Source: Camelus ferus (Eukaryota). Taken from it: DNA of 64,000 bases. The stretch's first letter is position 1. The number at the start of each line of letters is the position of its first letter. The notes under the pieces are model-generated. The model did not search any database. It had not been told where the DNA came from and worked only from the letters and a program-made list of their open reading frames with translations. Position numbers and translations under genes: made by a program. The DNA is taken from NCBI RefSeq assembly GCF_009834535.1, contig NC_045697.1, forward strand, positions 21,826,001-21,890,000, written 5' to 3'. This document shows, one piece after another, positions 28,330-41,684 of the stretch.

Positions 28330-28680
28330 ATATATTCATTTATTTACTCAAGAAAACATTTCTATTGAGCACTTACTATTTTCCAGATACTGATCCAGAT
28401 GCTGGTCAGCAATGAGTAAAGAGATAAGGCCTTGGCCCCATGGAAATTATATGCCAGTACGTATATTAGAACATTACAACTATATTACAATTTTTTAAAA
28501 CAAAGAATATACAATCCTGAGGGGTAACCAGTGCTATGAAGAAAAAAAAAGTGGTTTAAGTGCCAGAGGTTGAAACTTGCTATTTTACATAGCATTTTCA
28601 GGGGAAGCTCTCTTAGGATGGGATGTTTCAGCAGCGAGCTATATGCACTCATGAAGCAAGTCAAAATGACAGTTCAATAG
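28330..28680 (-). mobile_element. L2 3' end
   Basis: 'cattttatttactcaagaaaacatttctattgagcacttactat...gccccatggaa'. Confidence 0.7.
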
Positions 28681-30576
28681 AGAGTTATTTAAAGACCTCC
28701 AAAAAATAGTGCCTGGGAAAGCAATCTACTATCCAAAAGCTTGCATTTGACTAGATCACTAGGATTCTAGTATTCTGTTGCTAAGAGTGTCTTTGTTTTT
28801 GAAGCCAAAATATATTATTTTAATAAATTCCTGAAATTAAGCAGAGCAGTGGGCAGCCTCCACTCTGTATCACTGTAACTGGACCAGTATCCTCCAAATA
28901 ATTAAAACACACACAAATCACATGCATTTCAGTCATTTGCATCCTTCACGCACTTGTTAGAAGCTAAATGAATTCACATTAAATGAATTAGAGGTATCTG
29001 GGAAGTCACTAGTTTGATACAATTAAGAATATGAATTTCATAAGATAGCAAGTAACTTTATGGATTTTATAAGATAGCAAGTGACTTTATACTTATTGGA
29101 CCTAATTGATTCCATTTATAATGATAGTAAACCAAATCCCTTCACACTGATGGAATCATTTTTGAGCTTAATTGGTAATAAAATTACAACTTCATATATT
29201 TAAAGGTTATTAAACTGTATTATTTCATCTAATGAATATATTCATAACAGAAAAAGAGAACCTTGGAAATGTTCATTGTAACATAAATCTGTTAACCTTT
29301 GAGTATTTAAAATTTTATTCTTTGTCATCTTATTACTAAATCTTTTAAATTTTGAACAACTGTAATCCATAATCATCCTAATATTACATCAAAATCAGAA
29401 TGTAAACTTTGCGGTAGCAAAGTGATTTCTGTGGTTTCACCCAAACTTGTCATAAACACTGCAAGAGATAACGATATTAAAAGGTAGTTGGACCCAAATG
29501 TAAAGTTCTAGTAATTAGAGATAACAATCAAAGAAATTAAAAGAAACCATGGAAAAAAGCAAAGTGCTTTTTTTGTAGAAGCAAACCTATCTTACATTGT
29601 TTTATTTTGGTTCAAGCCCTTTATTGGAAATAAATGTCTATTAGTTCAAGGCATTGCAAACCTTAGGCAATGTTTCATTAGTACAGAATATCTTAACTTT
29701 AAGAATAGGGAGTCTGAAGAATACTGGATAAACAGACCAGATACAAGTGTGAGTTGAATAAACACAGACCTGTTAGAGGTAAAATGCTTGCCCACATGAA
29801 GTAAATAAATTTTTCAAGAGATGAGAGAATTGAATTTTTCAAAAGTAATTAGTCTTGGAATTCTACTGTTAAGGAACATTTAAGTCTCTTCTATGGAATA
29901 TGCTGGTACACTTCTATCTTTCAATTAAATATAAAACTGAAAAATTATTCATTACTCCTAAAAATCTTTGCCTTAAAATGTTACTGACTTGCTCTTTTCT
30001 AATTCTTGCTATTGAATTTATGTTTTTAGAGATTTTTCTTGGGTTCAGGTATTTTCTCAGCCAACATGTTTCTGATTTTTTTGTTTTTTAGACAACATGT
30101 ATATGAGTCTGTTAGTATCAACTGCAATAGTTCTGTTGATTACAACTTTTATGGAGAGTGGGGAGAAAGGACATAAACTTTGGATATTTTATAGGCAACT
30201 TAATTATTTTAATGATTTTCTAAATGATCCAATTTTCAACTCATTATGTGTATGTTATAATTATGTAAAATCAGAAGGTTGCCTACTTTATCTTTACTTC
30301 CTAATGGGTATATATTTGGTAGCCAAGTTCTAAAGTAGAATATGTCATACAAGTAAAACGATCAATGGGATGAAATCAACATTAAGAGAAACATGACATC
30401 TAAGAGGTATATTTTACTATTGCAATTTATATTAAAAATAAAAACCTCAAAACCACAGAATATGTTCCACTCACACGTGTAAGAGATGTACCTGTTGTCC
30501 AATAGAGGACTTCAAAATAGCTAAACAGCTTTAATTATTAGCCTGCTATTGCTCTAATTCTCCACGTCTTAAAACC

Positions 30577-30741
30577 TTGCTACTCACAGTGCGATTCAAG
30601 AATGTGCTGTACAGACACACTACCTGGAACCTGGCTCTACTTGAAGAAGCTCAGACCCTACTCAAGACTTTGATTCAGAATCTGTACTTTCACAAGATCT
30701 GTAGGTGATTTTCAGGCATATTAAATTATGAAAAGCACCAG
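30577..30741. mobile_element. MER5B-like hAT element
   Basis: 'gctactca...tcagaatctgtactttcacaagatc...ggtgatt'. Confidence 0.65.
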
Positions 30742-31164
30742 GTGTTCTCTGCAATCTTTATTTACAAACAAGCAACATCTATTCTTTACTTAGCCTATTC
30801 CCATGGTCACTCACTTCTACTGTAGTAGATTAAATAAATACACACCAGTGTTTCAAAGTCTGTGAGTCATCTGACTCTTTTACCTGTAATCTAGGGCATC
30901 AAGTTTACAAAAGCAGTTCTGTAACAGCCACTAGGTCTGTTACCTCTAACAGCATTCTGCTGCTGCTGCTGATGGCATCAAAAGATGGGGTTACATGGGT
31001 AAAGCATCTAGGCTTTCTAAAGAGAAAAGAACCCAAAATTTAGTAAATATTTCAGATTTTTTTAGTTTTTTGTGTTTTAAGTAGCTGTAGTAAATATAAA
31101 TTTGTACTATAATAAAAGTATAGTCAACAATTTTCAAAATATATCTGCATAAATTTTGAAATGC

Positions 31165-31390
31165 TGATTATTACAAATTTGTTTAGCACTTATCATGCAC
31201 CGGACAGTTATAAGCACGTTTACATATATTAGTCATTTAACTCTTACATGTACCTGATAAGAGAGGTACCATAATTGTCTTTTTTAAATAGAAGACAACT
31301 AAAACAAAGAAAAACTAAGTGTTTTTCCCAAACTGACACAGCTAGCAAATCATGGGCAAGGATTCAAACCAGGTAACTTGCCTTAAGTCA
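31165..31390 (-). mobile_element. MIR
   Basis: 'cccaaactgacacagctag...ggattcaaaccagg'. Confidence 0.7.
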
Positions 31391-32189
31391 GCATAACACA
31401 AAATTTAAAGAATTTTTAAATCTTAGGAAAGTGATGTAAAATGAAACTTCAATTTTATCTCATTCTGCAAATTAACTTCTGTGTGAGTTCCACATTTTAA
31501 GTCCAGGAAGATTCTAAAGGATGGGAAAAGTCCGTGGACCAGATACAGGCAGGAAGTTACCATGATAGGTAGCATGACAGAAGTGATCAGAGGACAAAAA
31601 GCAGTGGCTCAGTCACAGCTGGATGGAGTTGAGGTCAGATGATGGGGGAAGGAAACCCAAGATGAAAGTGGCAGGGTTTGTGAAGTCCTGTGGCTAAAGG
31701 GCTAAAATTATGAATTCTAGACATTCAGTACACACCGTTTTCTTTTTATGTAAGCCCCAGAGCTCACTGGGGAGATGGTGTCTCCATCGGTCAGGGGGCT
31801 GGAGCAGGCCAAACAGTTTTGGATTTGCTTTGAAGTTAATTAACCTAATCATCCTAAGTATTTTCTTTGGAACAAAAGACTTTTGGCTCTCAGTTTTGGC
31901 TCAATTCTAGCTCAGTCTTGAAACTAAAGGATAGTTCCAATTTGAAAAACTCTTACAGACAGTTCAAGTCTCGACTTTAACTATACAATATCATCTACCG
32001 TATAAAAATTTACAATTGCTTCCTTAACACTCCAGTTGTCATCCAAGAGCCCCTTGCTACTAACCAGTCTAAACACTCCTTCTCCCTTCCTGCCCATTTT
32101 TAAAACAGGAGCTGATAGAACTTCAGCTTCCAGAATTCCTCTGTTGCCTAATACTTCACTTTCCTATTAGAAGACATTATGAATCAGGA

Positions 32190-32410
32190 AATTTACATTT
32201 ATTAAATCCTTACTACGTACCCAGTATCAGGCAAAGCTCTTTACATTCATAATTTGCTTTGCAACAATCACAGAGCATCACCCCTGTCTTTCAGATGACC
32301 AAATCAAGGCTTAGAGTAGTTCACGTCTTACTTCACTACCAAGGAAAAAGAAGTACAATCAGGAAATGAACTGAAGTCTGTCTCCAAAGCTCTTTGCCTT
32401 TCCACCATAC
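32190..32410 (-). mobile_element. MIR
   Basis: 'tttcagatgaccaaatcaaggcttagag...tctccaaagc'. Confidence 0.6.
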
Positions 32411-32619
32411 TATTCTACTTCCACCACAGGATAGTATGAATTTCGCTCTCTTTTTCTATTAGATGAAGACATCATCTTTATGCCACTTACTTTCCCTACT
32501 ATCAATTCATTAACTGCACAAAATTCATACACTTCAGAAAACTAGCTTTTATCCCTAAAACAAGCAACTCCACACATGGGTCTTTAAGGAATTAATCTTT
32601 TTTTAATTCCCTGAAAATT

Positions 32620-34380
32620 ACAAAACATATTTCCATTTCCACTTAATCCAGATAAAGGAACAGGGATCAATTTACCCTTCCCCCTGTAATAGCCAAAAGT
32701 AAACAAACACAATATATAAAATAACAATTTTTAAGGCACTGAACATCAGTGATCAAAAGACACTGATCCCTGAAAGATGTAAAATATAATAGCTTCCTTT
32801 TGTGCTGTAGTACACTACTGAAAATTTAGTGGCTTAAAAGAATAACAAATTCTCTTACAGTTCTGGAGGTCAGTTTCACTGGACTAAACTGAAGGTGCTG
32901 GTAGGATCAATTCTTTCGGGAGGTTCTGAGTGGAGAACCAATTTTCTCGTTCTTTTTAGCTTCTAGGGTCCTCAGAATCCCTTGGCCTGTGGCCTCTAAC
33001 TGCATCTTCAAAGTGTGCCATTCTCTTCCCTGCTCCCAGCATCACATCACCTTCTCCTTGGACTCTGATGCTTCTTCCATTCCTCTTCTAAGGAGCATTG
33101 TGATTACATTGGGCCCACCTGGTAATGTAGGCTAAGCTGCTTATTACAACACTGACTCTTAAATTAATTATACCTGCAAAGTTTTTTGCTTTTTTGCTCT
33201 ATACGGTAATACTCACAGGTTCTGGAAGTTAGGAGGTAGACATTTTGGGGGACTGTTATTCAGCCTACCACAGGAAACCAGAGGCAAACCCTGTAATTGT
33301 CCAAGCCATTTCTTTAAAAGAATGAAAGAACCCAGGTGGAGGCTCACAGTATTCTTGAATTAAGGAGACAGAGCTGAGAGTCCAGAGAGAACAAAGCAGC
33401 TAGAACTACAGGACAAATTGCCACAGAGGCCAAGTTTAGTTTTGATTTGGTTGCTTGTTCATTTGTTTGTCTTGGTGGGGGGACTTGGAAGTAGACAGAA
33501 ATGGAATTCTACTGTCCTAAGATTTATATACTCTTTGAAAAGAAGTATATCACTTGAGAGTAGACTGTGATAAGTTAAAGATATATACTAGAAACCTTAA
33601 AGCAATTACTTAAATAAGTACAACAGTTAGGCTAATATTTGAATTTTTAGAAAATTCAATATTATTTGATTCCAACTTTGATGTTGGAAACTGCATTGTT
33701 TCCAATATAAAAAATGATTAAGTATGTAGGCCTAAACCTGACTAAAGATGTGAAAAACTGCTATACTGAAAATGAGAAAATACTGTAGTGATAAAGACCC
33801 AAATGAAAGGAGAAATTTAGTTCAGAAGATTTAATATTGTTAAGACATCAATTTTCCCCAATGAGCTATAGATCTGATTTAATCCAATCAGAGGTTGGAT
33901 TTTTTTTAAAAATAAAAGTTGATAAACTGATTCTGATATTCACATAGAAATGCAAAGAACCTAGATTAGTTTAAAAATCTAAGAGAAAAATTGAGAACAT
34001 TATGTGATTTCAATATTTATTATAAAACCACAGTAATTAAGAAGCTGAGGTTTGAGCATAGGATAGATTAAAAAACAGAATAGAGCTCAGAAATAGACCC
34101 ACATGTATATGAACAATTGATTTTTGACAAAGCTGCAAAAGGTAATTTAGTAAAAATGACAGTTTTTCTACAAATATGTGCTGGAACAATTTAAAATTGG
34201 ATATATATATACAAATCAAATCAGAGCTTTGATTCATATCTTATAGCATATATAAAACCCAACTCAGAATGGATCATAGACCTAAATGTAAAACCTCAAA
34301 CAATAAAGCTTCTAGAAAACACATACAAAAATCTTTATAAACTGGGATTAGGCAAAAATGTCTAGATATGACAAAATAAT
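32620..34380 (+). mobile_element. Old L1 (5' region plus ORF2 3' part), interrupted by an MLT1
   Basis: 'gaaatagacccacatgtatatgaacaattgatttttgacaaag' and 'tggatcatagacctaaatgtaaaac' are ORF2-like. The 5'-region sequence is continuous across the MLT1. Confidence 0.7.
32785..33272 (-). mobile_element. MaLR solo LTR (MLT1D-like)
   Basis: 'agtggcttaaaa...ttacagttctggaggtcag...gtgattacattgggcccacc...attcagcctaccaca'. Confidence 0.85.
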
Positions 34381-36758
34381 TGAGGACATATTTTCCCACT
34401 ACCTTACAATCCTGTAAATATAACAGAGAAACTTTAAGGGTGAACCAAAATCCTCAGTACAGGCCTTGAGTGCAATTTTGATAGCATTGTCCAAATAGGG
34501 AAAAAGTAGCCTCTTAAGCAAAAACCCTACAATATCATCCAATGTGATTTTATGTCCTTTGACTCAAATTCATATCTCCTATTTATACTGATTGATTTAT
34601 AGGACTAAACAAAATATGTAATACCAGTAATGCAGTGTTTAATATTAGGTATGCACTCAATAATTCTCTGGTTGTGTTGAGAATGATTTCTGCAGCTGTA
34701 AACTAGATTAGACTAACTCTTCAAGAAAATATACGACTTGTGTAGAATACAAAGAAAGACGGTTAACATAGGTTATGAACAACACAAGCCTTCAAGTATC
34801 TGGATGTAATTCTCCATAATTCAGTTTTCTACTATAAGAAAAAAACATTTCAAATAATGAATAATGGTAAGTAAGGTTTGGCAGAGCTGCAGTGGTCTCA
34901 ATGGACACGTAGCATTGGGGAAAACAATCTTTAATCTTTCAGTCCACTGAGAATAGCACTGTTTATTACTGCAGCATAACCCAGCCCATCCTGGCTGATG
35001 GTGGTGGGAAACAGAATAAGTGCAACTCTGCATGAACTTTTAGTACAAAGGGGCTAAAAGGAGTGGGCAGAAATGTTCTCTTTATTGATCTGAGAACTGG
35101 TTATGTGTGTTCCATTTTGAAAATGTATTGATCTGTATACTTACAGGTACTTTTCCATATCTGTGTGTACAGATAAATACATATATACATACATACATAA
35201 AATCTTCAATTCTAAAAGGTTCTTTTTTTTTTTTTTAAAGTGATAGGTGGAGCAGTTTGAAGTCATTTACTGTTTTATGGAAGTTGGATAAAGTCACTAA
35301 AGAAACAGGCATGATGGGACAGGAGGCACTCCAGGTGATGTGAAAGCTAAACACAGAACCATTTGGGACAGAACAAATAAACATTGAGAAACCAGTGGAA
35401 GGGGATTATGGCAATACAGTTTTGTGCTAATCAAAAGGGAGTTTTTTGGGTTTTTTTGATGGAAAAAGAGAGGATTTTGTGAATCCTAGAGGGAATTCTG
35501 ACAACAGAAGTGACTAAATGTAACATGACAGAGAAAAATGAATGTATTTTGTTCCAAGATGTTAGACATCAGGCAGCATTTAGATAGTCCTGAAGCACAG
35601 AGTAAAGGAAAAGTGATGCACAGAGGAGATTTCTACAAAACCCCAGTGCTCTCTCTTCATTGGAGACAGTTGGGATAGACACATACATCCAAAGCAAGAA
35701 TCCTGAAGACGGTAGTAATCCTGGGCCAGGAAAAAGACCAGGCAGCATTGACTTAAGGATCATTTTATTTCTTTCACGTTCAAATAATAAACCTAACACT
35801 AAATCTTTATCTTCTATCTATAACTTTCTGAATGACCTTTATCATTTGTTTTCTAAAGTTTTGTAGATTTTCTTTTTTGCCAAAACTTCCATTTCATGTA
35901 ATGAACTAATAATAACAGCTCTTAGTGGATTCTGAATAAAATGTCTAAAATGCTCCAAGTTACCACATTTTTCTGAGTTCAGTAGTTTTGAAAATCAAAT
36001 TCTTGATTATCAAAAACTGATAGAATATAAGTATCAGACAGCTAGACACACAAACTGCAAGTTCACAGTTAATATGCACCTTTAGAAAATTATATCCATG
36101 TTAACTGATTTATTATGAGTTAACCTGCATTTGTTATTCTATTTTGGGGCAAAGCAAAACACAAAATTAATGATCGCATAGTTTACCAGAACTGGCTATT
36201 GAAGCCAAGTGGTAGAATGTATGAGTGGGCAGGAGCCAGCAGGAATTTCAAGAGGCAAACCATAGGCAGGCCCATAGGTCAACAGGTACCAGGCACCCAA
36301 AAGGATAAAAACAAGAAAAGAAATACAAATCTTGAGAGAGAAAGATTCATATATGAGACATTAGCCTGAAGACAGAGGAGCAGTGAATAAGAGAAGCCAA
36401 GTTATGTAAACAGCAGGAACCAGGACAGCACTTGGGAATGACCTGAGATTAAACCAAATTACAAGTCTGGAGTCGTTAAAACATTCTTTATCTAGGTAAG
36501 GGTTGATTCCAGAAATGAGAAGCAAGATGAGGGAGTCCTACAGATGGAAGTCAAGTGATGTCAACTGTTAGGGAAATAATGGATGACGCTGAGAACCAGG
36601 GTGAGGCTGACAGTTGATTGATTAAGAAATTGCATCTGTTCCCATTTGGAAGTATAGGCAATATCAAAATAGAGTTGTTGATCCTTGAGAGACTGTAACA
36701 TTTGTGTCTGCTCTCTGGTTCTCAAGACTGTTTAAAAGCATTCTGATGGCACGCTAGG

Positions 36759-36920
36759 GCAGTGCGCCTCAAACTTAATGCCTGTGAATCAGCTGAGGAC
36801 CTTGATAAAAGGCAGGTGCTGATTCTATAGGTCTGGATGAAACCTAGAGGTATGCATTTTTAAAATGCTCCCATAAAATGCCCTTGGTGCTGGTCCTTGG
36901 CCTACCTTAGAGCAGCAAGG
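36759..36920. mobile_element. MER5B-like hAT element
   Basis: 'ctcaaactt...ctgattc...tgcatttttaa...gctggtcc'. Confidence 0.65.
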
Positions 36921-37516
36921 CGCTGGAAGACCTCACAGACTTTAAAACAAAACTGAGCAAAATAAAACAAATAAGCCTAAAAATTGAAGCATAGATATGA
37001 AAAAAATCTAAAAATATATGCTTGATTTTTTTCCTCCAATTTTTCAAGATATTAGCTTTCTGTTGAAACAAGAGATATTTGATCCAAAACATTTCAACCC
37101 TCTCCTTTGGTTGTGCTATTGAGATATCAAGAAGAGAAAAGAAATCTTCATGTCGTTTATACACAAAGATTATGTGGCATTGACAGAATCTCTTGTAAGA
37201 CTTCCATGGAGAATTCTGTTAATCGGAGGCACCCCCCGCAATGAGTCAGCAAAAGGGAATCTGAGTTTGTATTCTAAGAAGCACCTGTGTATTAAACATG
37301 ACGTGTAGCACCATGGTTTACAAGTATAGGCTGGGACCACGCAGTCCTGGCTCAGTGCTCAGCTCTACTTCCCATCATCAGTGTGTTGTTGGGAAAATTA
37401 CTTCCTCTCTGAGACTTGTGACCCTCACAGACAAAAAGCAGACATTTCTTTCAAAACAGATTATATATTAGATGATATCAAGTATGTAAAATTGCTGTCA
37501 CAATACATGGCAGCTG

Positions 37517-37609
37517 TGCAAACCAGAAACTAACACAACACTGTAAATCGATTATATTCATTTAAAAAAATAAAAATTAAAAAAAGGAACTATATTGAGG
37601 AAAAAAAAC
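37517..37609 (+). mobile_element. Very short L1 3'-tail insertion within a MIR (about 37300-37650)
   Basis: 'ccagaaactaacacaacactgtaaatcgattata' plus A-tails. Duplicated ggcagctg at 37509-37516 and 37610-37617. Confidence 0.8.
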
Positions 37610-39139
37610 GGCAGCTGGTTTTTCATACCTGTTAGTAATTGCTGATTCATCTTTAAGGTAAAGACAGGAGAGACATGTCTTTACCTTAAAGAAAAACCAC
37701 ATTTCTGAATAAGGCCTTCAATTTTGTGTGGGTACAATCACACCAAGAAATGAGTTTCTCCATTACTTGAACAGATACAAGACAATCAGAAAATTTGGAG
37801 CGACCTCCAGAGCCACATAGAATCCATGCATGGCCAAGAAAATCAGATGGGTTCTATTCATTTAGGTATTTTAGTGTTCATCTCCACATTGATCAACTAA
37901 CTGTCTGTGAAAACAAATTCTATTTACATTATTTGATTAAACTCTTAACCATGGCCAGTCATCCTGTCAATGTTATATAATAATTAAAGCATTTATTTCT
38001 TGCTGGGAGTGATATTATATCTAACACTAAGACACAAGACGTCGTATTTCAGAGTCCCATAGTATCTCAGTCATCTTGAGAAAATTCCCTTACATAATTC
38101 TTCTAGAGTTCAATCACTGTGGTTAAGATTTAGTGGGAAAAAATAAATGCAAATATATTTGATTAATAAATTTAATTTCCTGTCAAATGTATAAAACTAA
38201 TATACAAAATCTTGCTCAAAACAATGCTAAATATTCAAAGGTATTTCAGAAACAACTATAAAGATGGATAATAGCTTGTTCATTTTATAATTAGTTCTGA
38301 GGCTGCTATGAAATTCTTTAGTCATTAAATATCTGAAATCTATTTAACATAATTGATACACGTGCATATGTAATACTTCTGATTGTAATCGATTCTATAA
38401 ATAATGCATGCCACTTACAGCACACATCTTTTTGATTTGTTTTCAATATTTATTTTAAAATATATATGGTTTTTATTTCTGTACCTGACTTCTGAAAGCC
38501 ACAGATTAAATATGCAAAGAATGTTTGCTATTTAAACACTACCTGATTCCTATTTAAATATCAGTCCTCAAAGCATTCAACCTGGAGGTATCATTAATCA
38601 TCAAAAACCTGTTAAAAACAAGGAAGTTTAGTTTAAAGTTAGTTTAAACATCATTTCACTCTTAAGAAACAGATGAATCTATTTTGCAGAAATGTAAGCA
38701 GTCTGACTACTCATACTGAAGGCCCATATAGTGTAGATACTTACTATGTATTTTTATTTTATTTTGTTGTTATTCTTTGTTTCCATCTTTTTGTTCATTC
38801 AATTTTCTTACTATTAGCTTTAAATCACTCATAGTAGTATATTTTTGGCAGTGCTTTTTAAATGAACTGGAAAATCCCTCAATAACTAAAGGGCAAAATA
38901 AAACCCTGAATGAGGACATCTTAAAGTCAATATCCCTAGAATTAACTGTCCAAAGCTCTGAGATCTATTTCCCGACCCTTTCTTCAACTTATCTAGGATT
39001 TTCACAAAAAAACAAATTGTTCATTCGTAACTCTGAATATGCTTGCCCTGCTATACTCACTCCCTTTCTCTTCTGTGTTGTGTTTCATCACACAGGAATA
39101 ATTTGGAAAGTAATCCAAATGGAATTAGAAATACAGTAA

Positions 39140-39620
39140 ATCTAATTATTCACTGTTTCATCAAATATGTATTGGATATCCACTGTGTCCTGGAACATTG
39201 CTTTATATGATAAACCAGATGTAGTCCCTATTATATACCAGAAGGTATATTATATATTATATATAGCATAGACCAGAAGGTTCCCAATCTGGTAAGGGCT
39301 ATGAGAGGGTGAAGTGCCTACCACTCTGGGTCCAAAGAACGGGTTTCCATTCTAATCTCAGAGGGTTGGGGAAGTCTCCCTAAAGAAAGTGATTATCTAA
39401 TACCAGTCCTAAAGCACGACTGGAATTGAAGTGGAAGGATTAAAAAAAGAGAATATCGGCAAAGGGCAAAACACAGGTCAAGGCTCAGAGGCGGAAGAGA
39501 ACACAGTCATCTCAGGGAATTCTGAGTTATTCTTGGCAGCCAGATGGTCTTATGTAACACTGAGGAGTCATGGGTAGATTTAAGGAGCATGAGTTCTTAT
39601 TAACCTTGGAGAGGTAAGCA
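39140..39620 (-). mobile_element. L2 fragment
   Basis: 'tcatcaaatatgtattg...gggaagtctccctaaagaaagtga'. Confidence 0.55.
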
Positions 39621-39777
39621 ATGTGAAAAGCAACGTGAAAGGTCTTCCTTATGAAATGAGTTAATGTATGTAAAAATCCTAGGATGATACCTACTATAAA
39701 GAAAGCATTTATAGATGTTGGCTATCATTATGTATAGTAGTACTGCTTTGTTAAATTATTATCATTTTGATCACCAA

Positions 39778-40114
39778 TGTTAGACTGGGTGGTTATGTTC
39801 CCCATCCCATTAATACATATGTTGCAATCCTGCCCCCTAATGTGATGCTGTTAGGAAGCAGGGCCTTTGGGAGGTGATTTGGTCATGAATTGAATTAGTG
39901 TGTTTATAAAAGCGACCTGAGAGAGCTCCCTAGCTCCTTATGCCATGTGAAGGCACAGAGTGAAGATGGTCATCTATGAACCAGGAAGTAGGCCCTCACC
40001 AGACACTAAATCTGCTGGCACCTTCATTTTGGACTTCCCAGCTGGCAGAACTATGAGAAATAAAGCCACCCAGGATACAATGTGCTGTCACAGCAGCTCA
40101 AATGGACTAAGACA
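39778..40114 (+). mobile_element. MaLR solo LTR (MLT1A-like)
   Basis: 'gggcctttgggaggtgatt...ggccctcaccagacac...ggacttcccag...ggactaagaca'; TG...CA ends. Confidence 0.9.
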
Positions 40115-41556
40115 CCTCCCTACCAAAAGAAACTGAGGAAAAGAAGGGGTAACATAAATAAATTGGTAACCTACACTTGGAAGTACATGAGAAAAGACAG
40201 ACACTATGCAATCATTTACCAAAATTAATTTATGGAGATGAATAAATACAAAGATGGAATGTGGCCTTATTAATTAGGACAAGATGATAATGTGGCCTTT
40301 TTAAAATCAGCTTCCCCTTACCTTAGGACCAATTTAGCACAATTATGGTTGATGAGTTTATTTTCACTGTATGTTTAAAAAAAAAAAAACACAAAACTAC
40401 AGTTACCTCATGAGCGAAACCAAGTTCAAAAAGGGTGATTTAATTTGATATTGCAACCACCAGGTGTTTAACTCAGTCATACCTCATTATAAAATATTTC
40501 CCCATCACAGGAATCCAGCTTTACCGCAGGTTCAATCATGTCTCCTGATGGGTAGTTTTGTTCTTCACCTCTGTCTCACTGTTCTTATTTCAGAAGTAGA
40601 TAGCATGATGGGGCAAAACTCATTTTTGTTTAAATGTTAATGTGTTTTGTTTATCTTCTAAGTATCACTTATCTGATGGATGGTTCTAGCTCAATAACAT
40701 GCACATGTGCACTTTTCGAGAAATTGGATTTTGTATGAGTATAAAAAAAGAACAAAATATGTACATGGGCCTTTAAAAATATAGAGAAACTTGAAATCTG
40801 CCTCAGTCTGATGGAAAAGCAACAGAGCAGTCAGATTTCACAAACAAAATCAGAGAATCTCTCTGGCTGGCTGAAATAAATGCAAACATCCCTGTCACTT
40901 TTCATAACACATGCTGCATGTTGAAAAAGAGGGTCCCTGTACATCGCTAGCTAGTAGCAATTATTTCTTGTATAAAACTGTGCATACAAGGCCAACTTTA
41001 TCCAGAAGGAAATATAAAACTCTTCAGAAAGAAAATAAGTTCCCAAGGACTATGTTCAGTTCTGCGCACCTACAGTGGTGGCAGATTTGATAAACTGCTG
41101 CCTTTTAGGTTCTTGATTAACATCACAATAACATTCTTCAAAAACACAACTTATTGAGCAATTACTATATACCACAAATCATACCAAGTGTCTAATGTAC
41201 ATTGCTTTAATTTACTGGATAAGCTATACACTATTATTCTTCTCATCTTACATGTGAGAGAACTGAGATTTGCTCAAGGTTTAACACCCATAAAAGAATC
41301 ACTGTCAGGAGAGCGATTTTCTAGACACTAGGTCTTCGTTTCCTACCCACACCCATTCTTTAGTACAGATAACTGATTACTTTTTCATCTAATGTAAATC
41401 ACTCTGCCAACACAGATTCAAAACAAGTCCCCCTGCCTACCCCTTTCCTACCAGAATCATAACTCCTTCCTCTGCAGAAATGCTGGAGCGAGCGATCTTC
41501 ACAGAGGCTGGGTGCTCATTCTGGGTTGTTTCTTTAAAAAAGACAACTAGACTTAC

Positions 41557-41684
41557 CTTCTAGTTGGAGGTTTGTAAGGACTTCCTCATAACGCCGTTCC
41601 TCCTGGGGCAATAATTTCCTAAGTTTTCTGTATCCAGTGTCTACCCACCCTGAGCTCCAAATTATCCACTTCATTCCACTGTTG
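41557..41684 (-). other. Candidate 128-nt spliced exon, host unknown
   Basis: Minus strand: acceptor 'catcattttaaccatacag|' and consensus donor 'GAAG|gtaagt'. Lies in sequence with no recognised repeat; one frame is open throughout. Confidence 0.45.

Noticed and set aside
40560..40593. Strong plus-strand acceptor-like tract ending 'ttatttcag'
   Set aside because: No convincing downstream donor found; pseudo-acceptors are abundant in intronic DNA.
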